A stretch of DNA of 64,000 bases from the NCBI GenBank assembly GCA_963717145.1, contig OY970325.1, positions 4,067,248 to 4,131,247 of the forward strand, given 5' to 3'. This document shows, in pieces, positions 39,810 through 48,822 of the stretch (its first letter is position 1; each line of letters opens with the position of its first letter). The position numbers were made by a program, and so were the translations under genes. Origin of the DNA: an uncultured Armatimonadetes bacterium. Its GTDB lineage: Bacteria; Armatimonadota; UBA5829; DTJY01. The notes below the pieces were generated by a model. That model saw nothing but the letters and a program-made list of their open reading frames with translations. It made no database searches and was not told where the DNA came from.

Positions 39810-40571
39810 TCAGCCCTCGAACCGCCCGAAATGGACGCGAGTGTCGTACTCGAACCGCACTTGGCCGTCGGTCTGGTATCGCTCGAAGATGCGCCTCAAC
39901 TCAGACATCATCGGCTCGTGTCCGGGCTGACCCGACTCAGGCGCGTAGGACGAGGAGAGCAGCCGTCCCTTGAGCCCCTCGAAATCGAATGCCTGCTCAT
40001 ATTCGACGGTTCGGACCCGGAAGGTGCTCGGAGAGAAGAACTCCCCGATGACTCCAGCGTCGATGTCCCGATGGTCGGCCACCTTGTACTCCGGGGAGTG
40101 GGCCTCGAGCATCCGCTGGTAGGCGTCGAGGAACGGGAGACCTTTCCGGTGCTCGTTCCACATCAGGACGACCCATCCGCCGGGCTTGAGGATGCGGCGG
40201 AACTCCTGCTTCGTCCTCGCGCGGTCGAACCAGTGGAACGCCTGGCCCGCGACCACCATCTCGACGGAGGCGTCGGGGAGCGTGGTGTCCTCCGCCGTGC
40301 CATCTATGCTGGTGAAGTCGGGATAGCCCGCGAGAAGGGACTCGGCGGCCTCGCGCATCGGCCCGTTCGGCTCGACGCCGAACGTCGGGTTGCCGTTTGC
40401 CAGGAACAGCTCGGTCGAGAATCCGGTCCCGGACCCGATGTCGGCGATCGTCCACTCGGGCAGCAGCCCGCATTCCTCCCTCAGGATCTCGACGACCGCC
40501 TGCGGGTACCGTGGGCGATACTTCACGTAGTTCTCGACGCGGCTTGAGAATCGTTCGGTTGATTCCAGCAT
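39810..40571 (-). CDS. class I SAM-dependent methyltransferase
   Basis: IADIGSGTGFST motif I. Confidence 0.8.
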   Translation of the reverse strand: MLESTERFSSRVENYVKYRPRYPQAVVEILREECGLLPEWTIADIGSGTGFSTELFLANGNPTFGVEPNGPMREAAESLLAGYPDFTSIDGTAEDTTLPDASVEMVVAGQAFHWFDRARTKQEFRRILKPGGWVVLMWNEHRKGLPFLDAYQRMLEAHSPEYKVADHRDIDAGVIGEFFSPSTFRVRTVEYEQAFDFEGLKGRLLSSSYAPESGQPGHEPMMSELRRIFERYQTDGQVRFEYDTRVHFGRFEG

Positions 40572-40574
40572 CCG

Positions 40575-40982
40575 TTACTCCAGCCCATCCTGCGAGCGGG
40601 AGGCGGCTTCCTGCTTCATCCTGCGGGCGATGCTACGTCCACCGAGTATGTAGCAAACGACCCCAGCCGCCAGGAGTAGGGGAAAGATCGACCACCAGGG
40701 CAGCAGGTCAAGGATGGTGGGCAACACGGCCAGGCCCAGCGCCCATCCGGAATTCCGCAAGACCGGGGCATAAGCGGCTTCGTCGGCAGGCGACTCCCGC
40801 CTCTTCAGAATCGTGAGTCCTGTGAAGATCATGAAGAACCCGATGCAGCGAACGGCTGTCTCCTGCCACGATGGCAGATGGTCCAGCCAATCGTCAAACC
40901 GTATGCCGATCACGAGCGGCATCATCCACAGCATGTGGGGCCATATATCGTGCCAGGTGATCTTGAAACCATTCCGTGACAT
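40575..40982 (-). CDS. hypothetical membrane protein
   Basis: Several hydrophobic helices. Confidence 0.4.
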   Translation of the reverse strand: MSRNGFKITWHDIWPHMLWMMPLVIGIRFDDWLDHLPSWQETAVRCIGFFMIFTGLTILKRRESPADEAAYAPVLRNSGWALGLAVLPTILDLLPWWSIFPLLLAAGVVCYILGGRSIARRMKQEAASRSQDGLE

Positions 40983-41027
40983 ATCGCTACCTCCAGAACG
41001 CGCAACTCCGGCAGGAGGCCTCGCCAT

Positions 41028-41399
41028 CTATGGTGAAGCCGAACTCCTGCGACGGAACGGGTTCACCATGATCATCATGGCAAGGGTCACAACAGGGAAT
41101 GAGAGCCAAGCCCATATCGGCCACACGCTCCTATGGTGGATCACGACGTACCACGTACCTGCGAGGATCAACATAGGAATGATCGCCCAGGGGCTCTCTT
41201 CCGTGCCTCCCTTGCGCACAAAGGCCAGACTGAACCCCATAGCAACGATCACCACGCCAGACAGCACGGCTGCCTGGTAGTACCAAAGCACCTCATCCAG
41301 TCTCTCGGACAGTTCTCTTGGAGCTGCCAGGGCAAAGAGAGATACGATGGTGTAGAGCAGAAAACTCGCGACACTACGTGCTTTCTCAGGCAGCTTCAT
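41028..41399 (-). CDS. hypothetical membrane protein
   Basis: Several hydrophobic helices; internal start MKLPEK. Confidence 0.4.
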   Translation of the reverse strand: MKLPEKARSVASFLLYTIVSLFALAAPRELSERLDEVLWYYQAAVLSGVVIVAMGFSLAFVRKGGTEESPWAIIPMLILAGTWYVVIHHRSVWPIWAWLSFPVVTLAMMIMVNPFRRRSSASP

Positions 41400-41481
41400 G
41401 CTCAGCCTCCCTCGTCCGGGTCCGGGCGCTCGGACTATATGGACATAATAGCCCACATTGCATCGATGCACAAGGGTTCAT

Positions 41482-42930
41482 GCGATGCGGGGTGGAATTC
41501 CTCAGAGTGGGTAGAGCACGGCTCAGGCGGCACGTGCTGCGTGCTCGATCCGAGCCAGTTCGCCGCTTAGGAGGGCAGTTCTCACCGCGAGCACTGCATC
41601 TGCGCCGTCCTTCGTCCATCGCATCCCGGCTTGCTTTAACCTCTGGCCTACTATCACCTTGCACGCCGCTTCCACCGGACCGCTGCCTATCATCATCCCC
41701 TTGGCCCTGTATGCCGGGTAGTTCATGTACTTGCGGTACTTTCTGAAGTAGCCTGTCTCGATCCGAAGCGCTTCCCTCTCAGAATCGTTTCGTGCTCTGC
41801 GCCGCTTCATGGCTCTAAGCAGACTCCCCGGCCCCTTCTCTTTAAGCTTCCGGCAGTGTTCGTTTGCCCAGCGCTTCCCTTTGGGATTCCCCTCTCCGTA
41901 GAGTGTCCGCGCCAAGCCGTATATGTGCTCACAGGCATGCCAGTAGTCGATGATCTTGATGCTCTCCGGCAGATGATTCCTGACCTCTCTCCATATCCAG
42001 TCTGCGCCGTCGGCGATCACTATACGCTCTTTTGCCCCGTCATAGCCGGCTTGCAGTGCTCTGGTGTATACCCGTCTCCCGAACTCGTCGCTCGTCTCTT
42101 GCGCCGCTATGTAGCGCGAGTTGGTGACGGTATCCGTGTCTTTGCCTGCAGCCGGAACGCCTTCGTATACCACCATGGTCTTGATGTCATGCCACTGGCC
42201 ATCGGTGTGCGCTTTGGCCGCGTCTATGCCAATGTAGAGCCTCTGTGGCGTCGCCTCGCAGGAGACCTCTTCACCTGTGTCTACCACAGAGATGATCGCT
42301 TCCTGCTCCTCTCGGCGGAGGCATTCCCCAACATCCCGGACTATCTCTTCTTCGCTGCTCTCTTCGATCGCAATACCCGTGGTTCGCTCGATCAGCCTTG
42401 CGGCTGCTTCATATGGAAGCGCGGCGCAGATCGAGGCGGTGAGTTCCTTCACTCTGGCGGTCCATACTCTCTCGGACAGCCCCTGCTCGCGGTCCCATGG
42501 AATGTAGCCCCGCCTGCAATGGTCGCAACGGTAGTATGACCTCTCGACCTCTATGTCTCCGTGCAAAGTCCGAATGAAGCGTTTCCGGTATCCCTTGAAC
42601 CTGGCCAGTCTGCCGCATTCGCATTCTATCCCAACACCCTTGTAGGTGGGCTTTCCGCTCATCTTGGCGGCAACCTCACTCATCATTGCGCCGGCAATCT
42701 GACGCGCCAGGATCTGAATACGCTCCTCGGCTGACCCTAAGTCCGTGCAATCGATGTAGCTGCGCGCAAAGTCGCGAGCGGCCTGAAGGAGGGAGTCTGT
42801 GTGCAAAAGTGTAAGCATTCTCTGGGAGTCTCCTTTCGGAATGTTTGTCCTTCAACAAACCGTTACCGACTATTACAGGAGACTCCTTCCTTACTTGCTA
42901 CCCACTCAACGCGAATGCACCCTGCGATGC
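41482..42930. mobile_element. ISKra4-like (ISNCY-family) insertion sequence, ~1.45 kb, imperfect terminal inverted repeats
   Basis: Left end gcgatgcggggtggaattcctcagagtgggtag aligns with the reverse complement of the right end ctacccactcaacgcgaatgcaccctgcgatgc; boundaries +/-10 bp. Confidence 0.6.
41523..42818 (-). CDS. ISKra4/UPF0236-family transposase
   Basis: DGADWIW...IDYWHACEHI motifs; CxxC pairs; 431 aa. Confidence 0.65.
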   Translation of the reverse strand: MLTLLHTDSLLQAARDFARSYIDCTDLGSAEERIQILARQIAGAMMSEVAAKMSGKPTYKGVGIECECGRLARFKGYRKRFIRTLHGDIEVERSYYRCDHCRRGYIPWDREQGLSERVWTARVKELTASICAALPYEAAARLIERTTGIAIEESSEEEIVRDVGECLRREEQEAIISVVDTGEEVSCEATPQRLYIGIDAAKAHTDGQWHDIKTMVVYEGVPAAGKDTDTVTNSRYIAAQETSDEFGRRVYTRALQAGYDGAKERIVIADGADWIWREVRNHLPESIKIIDYWHACEHIYGLARTLYGEGNPKGKRWANEHCRKLKEKGPGSLLRAMKRRRARNDSEREALRIETGYFRKYRKYMNYPAYRAKGMMIGSGPVEAACKVIVGQRLKQAGMRWTKDGADAVLAVRTALLSGELARIEHAARAA

Positions 42931-43114
42931 GTTTGCGGCGGAAGGGGCTGACAAAGCACATTCTATGGTACAATGTCATCGAGAATGGCCTGGTTCCCGA
43001 ACTGTCACCGTGAGGTGCGCGTGTCCGCCGTTGGCGGAATAGGGGCCGGGCCGAACCTTTCCGGGGGGCCGGCTTCAGGCATGAGGCCGGCCTTATTCAT
43101 TTTCTACCCGGTTT

Positions 43115-43144
43115 TTGACCGCCTGGCTGGTGCAATGCTATAAT
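43115..43144 (+). promoter_or_regulatory. sigma-70-type promoter (TTGACC-N18-TATAAT) for the oxidoreductase gene
   Basis: Near-consensus -35/-10 about 50 bp upstream of the ATG at 43196. Confidence 0.55.
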
Positions 43145-43195
43145 CCCCCCGGACCGCCCGCTGGTTGAAACTGCGGATCCGGGTAAGAGAACGCT

Positions 43196-44212
43196 ATGGA
43201 CAAGCTGAGAATCGCCATGATCGGAGCGGGTGACTGCGCATCGGCCGCGCACATGCCGTCGTTCGCCGGGAACCCGAAGGTGGAGGTCGTCGCAATCGCG
43301 GACCCGGATGCCCAAGCCGCGCAGTCCCTCGCCGAGAGATTCTCTATCGACAGGGCGGTGGGTGACTACCACGAGTTGCTCCAGGACGGATCGATCTCGG
43401 CCGTTGACATCTGCGCGCCGCACGACCTGCATCACCCGATCACGATGGACGCCCTGAACGCCGGGAAGCATGTCATCCTCGACAAGCCGATCGCCATGAA
43501 CCTCGAGGAGGCCGACGCCATGATCTCGGCGGCTCGGGATGCCGGGCTGAAGCTGCTCGTCGTGCTGAACCAGCGGTTCCTCCCGGCGCATCGGAAGATC
43601 AGGGAGATGATCGAGGGCGGCCACATGGGGAAGCCGTTCCTCATGAACGCGATCCTCGCCGGCGACGTGCTCGCGCGCATGAACGATCCGCACGATTGGA
43701 AGGGCGCATCGGACCGATCGGGCGGCGCGTTCTTCGACACCGGCACTCATATCGTCGACTTGATGCACTACTGGTTCGGGCCGCCGACCGCCGTGAGCGC
43801 GACCCTCAGGCGGTTGGTCGTGACCCCGGACAACAAGGGCGACGACAACGCGGCCGTGACGTTCGAATATGACGGTATGATCGCGAACGTGATCGTCTCG
43901 TACACGATGAACAACGAGCCGTGGAGCGAAAAGAAGTTCATCTACGGCACGGGCGGCGACATCGCGATGATCAGCGAGGCCGTCGTGCCGATGTTCTACG
44001 TCCACGACAACGTGCCGGAGATGGTCGATGTCGAGCATCGAGACGACTGGTGGAGCTGGTCGATCGACCTCGCGCTCGGGCATTTCGTGGACTGCATACT
44101 GGAGGGCGCCGAGCCGCTCGTCACCGCCGAGGACGCCCGCGCCGCCCTGAAGTCGATCCTGGCGGCATATCGGAGCGCCGGAGAAGGACGACGGGAGATG
44201 GTTAATGGCTGA
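43196..44212 (+). CDS. Gfo/Idh/MocA-family NAD(P)-dependent oxidoreductase
   Basis: IAMIGAGDCASAAHMP Rossmann N-terminus; EKP-like core. Confidence 0.85.
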   Translation: MDKLRIAMIGAGDCASAAHMPSFAGNPKVEVVAIADPDAQAAQSLAERFSIDRAVGDYHELLQDGSISAVDICAPHDLHHPITMDALNAGKHVILDKPIAMNLEEADAMISAARDAGLKLLVVLNQRFLPAHRKIREMIEGGHMGKPFLMNAILAGDVLARMNDPHDWKGASDRSGGAFFDTGTHIVDLMHYWFGPPTAVSATLRRLVVTPDNKGDDNAAVTFEYDGMIANVIVSYTMNNEPWSEKKFIYGTGGDIAMISEAVVPMFYVHDNVPEMVDVEHRDDWWSWSIDLALGHFVDCILEGAEPLVTAEDARAALKSILAAYRSAGEGRREMVNG

Positions 44213-44276
44213 TGGTTAATGGTTAATGGCAGACGGACCTGCATCCCCCATCAACCATTCCCCATTAACCATCAAC

Positions 44277-45348
44277 TGTCAAGTCCCACCACGTTGTGAA
44301 CGGTAGTTCAGTAAGTCGGTAGGCTCTTTGATAAACAGATCTGGTCTTTGCGCGTACCAGTCGCAGACCTTCTCATAGGGTGTCTTGCCACCGATCGCGC
44401 TGTGCTGTCTCCTTAGATTGTAGATGGTCAGCCACTGGTGGAGTCCATCTATCAACTCCGGATATCCAGGATATCTGTGCATCTTGTACGTGCCCTCCTG
44501 GATCAGTCCGTTCATGCGTTCCACCAGACCGTTGGTCTTTGGTGTATACGGCCGGGTGAGCCTGTGTTCAATACCACAGGCTGAGCATACTTCATCAAAG
44601 AAGTGAGGTCTCTTCGCCGGACTGCCCCAACGGCTCCAATTGGCCAGAGTGAACTCTCTACCGTTGTCTGTCAGGATCTTGTGGATCATGAACGGATAGA
44701 ACCACATGCACAGTCCAAGGAAGCCCACTGCGGATTCCTTGGTTAGGTTGTCGTACACCTGGAGGAAGGCTAGCCTTGTTGCTCTGTCTACCGCAACGAA
44801 GCAATACTTCCTCTTGCCCCCGATCTTGGGCAGGTAGAAACAGTCTATGTGAAGGTATCCAGGCAGATACTCTTTGAACTTGCCTGGACTTTCTCTCTTT
44901 TCTTTTTGGTACTGGGGGAGTCTGCTCACCCCTTTTCTGCTCAGTAAGCGATGTATACTGGCGCGTTCTGCATTCGGCAGAACTGTGACTACTGCACGCA
45001 CCAGTGCATCGAGTGCTAGACCTTTGTCCCGGAGCGAGAGGATGATCTCCTCCTCTTCGGGGCTGAATGCATAATGGATCTTCCTGGGCCGACTGCTGCG
45101 GTCTTGCTGGTCACCCCGGGCCTTCCATTTGCAGACTGTTGCCGGCGATACATGGCAGATATCTGCGAGCTTTCTGCAGCTCTTGGGACTCTGCCTGAAA
45201 AACCGCCGTTGCTTCATATTGCTGGTTGCGTTAGAATGGATCTGCATGCGAGTGGTCTCCTTTTTTGGTTTGGCGATCATCAAAGAGACTACCGCATGCA
45301 CCTCCTTCTTTTCAACCCACGGTGTTCATAATGTCATGAGACTGGACA
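44277..45348. mobile_element. IS481-family insertion sequence with a 6-bp ATCAAC target-site duplication
   Basis: TIRs tgtcaagtcccaccacgttgtgaac / gttcataatgtcatgagactggaca; flanking ATCAAC at 44271..44276 and 45349..45354; inserted into a heptamer-repeat hairpin. Confidence 0.75.
44279..45301 (-). CDS. IS481-family transposase (DDE/rve integrase core)
   Basis: DNGREF ... TRPYTPKTNGLVERMN catalytic region; N-terminal HTH. Confidence 0.85.
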   Translation of the reverse strand: MHAVVSLMIAKPKKETTRMQIHSNATSNMKQRRFFRQSPKSCRKLADICHVSPATVCKWKARGDQQDRSSRPRKIHYAFSPEEEEIILSLRDKGLALDALVRAVVTVLPNAERASIHRLLSRKGVSRLPQYQKEKRESPGKFKEYLPGYLHIDCFYLPKIGGKRKYCFVAVDRATRLAFLQVYDNLTKESAVGFLGLCMWFYPFMIHKILTDNGREFTLANWSRWGSPAKRPHFFDEVCSACGIEHRLTRPYTPKTNGLVERMNGLIQEGTYKMHRYPGYPELIDGLHQWLTIYNLRRQHSAIGGKTPYEKVCDWYAQRPDLFIKEPTDLLNYRSQRGGT

Positions 45349-45387
45349 ATCAACCATCGACCATTAACCATTCTGCAAGGAGACACC

Positions 45388-46023
45388 ATGGACTATCTAT
45401 CCGCAATCGCCGATGACATCCGCGCTGAGCTGGATGCAAAGAACGCCGCGCGCGACAAGGCGCTGGTCACATCCCGTGAAGCGATCCGATTCTGCGCCAA
45501 TTCGATCCGCGCCGTACACCGGGCCGAGTGGGATGAGGCCGCCGAACGGCTCAACGAGGCGAAGGTGCGCGTGCTGGCAACCGCCGAGGAGCTGAAGGAT
45601 TTCCCCGACCTGTACTACGCGGGCTACGTTCAGGACGCCCAGAAGGAGTACACCGAGGCATCGACCGTCAACGCGATCATGCACAATCAGCCGGTCCCGA
45701 GCCACAAGGACATCGGCGTGGAGTCAGCGCCGTACATGAACGGCCTGGCTGAGGCGGCGAGCGAGCTGAGGCGTGACGTGCTCGACCTGATCCGGGGCGG
45801 CAACATCGGACGCGCCGAGGAGATCCTGAAAGCGATGGACGACCTCTACTACATGCTGGTGACGTTCGACTACCCGGACGGGATCACCGGCGGTCTGAGG
45901 CGCACTCTCGATCAGGCGCGCGCGGTCCTCGAGCGCACCCGCGGCGACCTCACGGTCACGATCCGCCAGCGGGAACTCGAACTCGCGCTCAACAAGGCGA
46001 TCGAGGTCTTCGAGAAGGGCTAG
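45388..46023 (+). CDS. hypothetical all-helical protein (possibly translin-family)
   Basis: 211 aa; weak resemblance only. Confidence 0.3.
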   Translation: MDYLSAIADDIRAELDAKNAARDKALVTSREAIRFCANSIRAVHRAEWDEAAERLNEAKVRVLATAEELKDFPDLYYAGYVQDAQKEYTEASTVNAIMHNQPVPSHKDIGVESAPYMNGLAEAASELRRDVLDLIRGGNIGRAEEILKAMDDLYYMLVTFDYPDGITGGLRRTLDQARAVLERTRGDLTVTIRQRELELALNKAIEVFEKG

Positions 46024-46047
46024 TGGGCAGTGGGGTTGTCGGAGAAG

Positions 46048-47154
46048 CTATGCCCTATCATTGCGGATGAACTCGCGATAATGAGCCGCCAGCCAGTAAG
46101 CGCGTCCACGCCTGGACGGGTCGGCAATGAGCAGCCATCCGTCGTTGACCCACTGCTGCATCAGGACTCTCGCCATCCGGTCCGAGAGCCCTAGAGCTGA
46201 CGCCACATCGGAGGCTCTGATCACTTCCCGGTCGGCAAACAGCGCCACGACGATCCGCGCCCGGTGGTCCAGTCGCCGAAGTTCCTCCGGCTCCGTGGAT
46301 ATGCCTTGACCGGCATACCGCAGGGCTTCCTCCTTCGCAGCCGCGAATACCATCGAGAGCGTACTTACGAAGTAGTCCAGCCAGCCTGTGAGATCGGCTT
46401 CCGAGCGGCCCATGTAGTAGTTGTGATGCTCGCCGACATCGAGCGCCGAGTAGTACGCACCCAGATCACGCGCATGGTACTCCTCGAGGCTGAACAACCC
46501 GTTCAGGCCGTAGCCTCCCCTGTGGAGTATCAGTGTAGCCAGCAGGCGGGAGGTTCGCCCGTTGCCGTCGTAATACGGGTGAATGGTAACGAACTGATAG
46601 TGAGCCAATCCAGCCAGGATCACGGCCGGCGTCTGCTCCTTCTCGGCTCTGTTGATCCACTCGGCGAGCTGACTCATCAGGGCAGGCACGTCGTCGGCTT
46701 CGGGCGGCATGTAGACGAGTCGCCCGGAGACGGAATCCCGGATGGCATTCTGGCCGTCTCGGTATGGAAGTGGTTTCGACCGAGGGCCGTTCGTCACGAT
46801 TGCATGAATCCGCCTGATCGTGTCTTCCGTCACTGGCTTCCCTCTGGCGGCCCAGTCCTCAACTCGGACGAGCGCATTCCAGTAGTTCCGCACCTCGGCG
46901 ACGTCTCGCTCCCGTCCTTGGAAGTCCCGACGCCTCTGGGATACTACCTGCTCAGCCTCCTGGAGGGTGAGTCTGTTGCCCTCGATCATGGTCGAGTAGT
47001 GAGTTGACCGCAGCCTTGCCCGTCTCGACAGGTCGGCTGCCACGACCGGTGGCAGGGGCGTGGACTCGACCACGACACGCGCAGCCTCGACATCCATAAG
47101 ATTCCGAGCGATTGTCGATGTGATCGTGTACCTGGGTTGCCAGATGGGTCTCAT
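46048..47154 (-). CDS. Fic-family protein (AMPylase-like) with C-terminal wHTH
   Basis: HPYYDGNGRTSR = HPFx(D/E)GNGR Fic motif. Confidence 0.85.
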   Translation of the reverse strand: MRPIWQPRYTITSTIARNLMDVEAARVVVESTPLPPVVAADLSRRARLRSTHYSTMIEGNRLTLQEAEQVVSQRRRDFQGRERDVAEVRNYWNALVRVEDWAARGKPVTEDTIRRIHAIVTNGPRSKPLPYRDGQNAIRDSVSGRLVYMPPEADDVPALMSQLAEWINRAEKEQTPAVILAGLAHYQFVTIHPYYDGNGRTSRLLATLILHRGGYGLNGLFSLEEYHARDLGAYYSALDVGEHHNYYMGRSEADLTGWLDYFVSTLSMVFAAAKEEALRYAGQGISTEPEELRRLDHRARIVVALFADREVIRASDVASALGLSDRMARVLMQQWVNDGWLLIADPSRRGRAYWLAAHYREFIRNDRA

Positions 47155-47287
47155 GGGAACGACTCCATTGCCGATAACGTCACCACGCATTGCCGATAAA
47201 CTGCCGATAAATCATACCACATTCCGCAACAGATTCCCATTTCCGATGCGTCAGCGGTCTCGATCGACCGGCTCTACTACGTTCCCG

Positions 47288-47974
47288 TTACTCGCCCGGC
47301 AGGCTGCGGCCCATGCTTGTCAGTGCGGTCTTGCAGACTCGTTTGACCTGTTCTGAGTCGTACTTCGTCGCATGGACGGAGTGGTATTCACGTCGAACGT
47401 GCAGTTTCCCGTACTGGGCCGTGCAGTACTGCTCGTAAGAGACGAGTTCGTACGCGTGGGCGTAGTCGTCTGCCGCCTCATCCGTGCGGTCCAGTTTGCG
47501 GAGGGCTTTCGCTCGGTAGTAGAACAAGAGCACGGCATCCCGGTCGTGACGCTGCAGTTGGTAGAGTGCTTCAGAGGTCGGAGCTTTGGGGCCTTCGTCT
47601 GTTTTCCACGGAACGCGTCCGATAGCGATGTCCGGATTCTCCCAGGGATAGCCGCGGATGTTGATTCCCTTGCCGGTTCCAATCCACGGATCGGTGGCCA
47701 CCTCGAGTGGATGATTCACCGCTATGCTGTCGAAGCAATCCACGCCCTCCAAAGCATCGAGCATTTCACCGCACTGCGACACTGCGGACTCATACTTGCC
47801 GGCGCTGATGTCGGCCGTTATCGTCGAAATGGTGGCGGGCTTGGACGGCTCTGGTGCAGGCTTGTTCACCTGGCTGGATGTTGATGAAGGCGTTCCGACC
47901 GGTTTTGAACAGCCGACAAATACAAGCGAGAACACGACCAACACAACCCATAAGCACGATCTGATCATGTGCAA
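47288..47974 (-). CDS. lipoprotein, hypothetical
   Basis: Lipobox VFVGCS. Confidence 0.45.
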   Translation of the reverse strand: MHMIRSCLWVVLVVFSLVFVGCSKPVGTPSSTSSQVNKPAPEPSKPATISTITADISAGKYESAVSQCGEMLDALEGVDCFDSIAVNHPLEVATDPWIGTGKGINIRGYPWENPDIAIGRVPWKTDEGPKAPTSEALYQLQRHDRDAVLLFYYRAKALRKLDRTDEAADDYAHAYELVSYEQYCTAQYGKLHVRREYHSVHATKYDSEQVKRVCKTALTSMGRSLPGE

Positions 47975-47979
47975 CCTTC

Positions 47980-48822
47980 CTATCCTTTCACATGGCTATG
48001 GAGTCCGGGGAGGAAGAAGGTGACCCCTATGTAGGTGATCAGCACGCAGAGGAATCCGATCGCGAGCAGGCGGTTCGACCACTTCCCGCGCCAGCCCTGG
48101 ACCATACGCACGTGCAGGTATGCCGCATAGACGAGCCACGTGATCAGCGACGCGGTCTCCTTCGGGTCCCATTCCCAATACTTCCCCCACGCCGTCTGTG
48201 CCCAGAGCGCGCCCGTGATGATCCCCAGCGTGAGCATCGGGAACCCGAACGCGACCATCTTGTACGCCAGGCCGTCGAGCGAGTCGAGCGAGGGCAGATG
48301 CCGCTGCAAGACGGTGATCCGCTTGGCCTTCAGCATCTTCTCCTGGAGCATGTACCCGAGCGCCGCGCCGAACGCCAGCGCGAAACTCGCGTATGCCGCC
48401 AGACTGCTGATGATGTGGATCGCGGCCCAGCGGTTTCCGAGCATCTGGCCGAGCAAGGCGTCGCCGGCGTTCAACTCCGGTGAGAGCGACAGGGAGACAT
48501 AGAACCCGAGCGCGATCAACGCGAGCATGCTGGCGAAGACGCTCAGCGCGGTGTTCTCGGACCTGCGTTGCGCGGTGAGATAGATCGCGGTCAGTACCCA
48601 CGCGACAAAGGTGAGCGATTCGACCATCGTCCCGAACGGCAGCCGATGCTGTTCGATCCCGTGTGCGACGATCGCCAGGGTGAGCAGACCGAGCCCCCCG
48701 ATCCCTACCACAGTCGCCGCGCGCTTGACCCGGCCCGCCTTAGACGTGACACTCCCGACGTGCAGCACCACCGAGACCGCATACACTACGAGCGTGATCA
48801 GGAACAGCACGTGGCTATACAT
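47980..48822 (-). CDS. ccsA: cytochrome c biogenesis protein CcsA/ResC-like (haem-handling WWD protein)
   Basis: WGKYWEWDPKE tryptophan-rich motif; multiple TM helices. Confidence 0.75.
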   Translation of the reverse strand: MYSHVLFLITLVVYAVSVVLHVGSVTSKAGRVKRAATVVGIGGLGLLTLAIVAHGIEQHRLPFGTMVESLTFVAWVLTAIYLTAQRRSENTALSVFASMLALIALGFYVSLSLSPELNAGDALLGQMLGNRWAAIHIISSLAAYASFALAFGAALGYMLQEKMLKAKRITVLQRHLPSLDSLDGLAYKMVAFGFPMLTLGIITGALWAQTAWGKYWEWDPKETASLITWLVYAAYLHVRMVQGWRGKWSNRLLAIGFLCVLITYIGVTFFLPGLHSHVKG

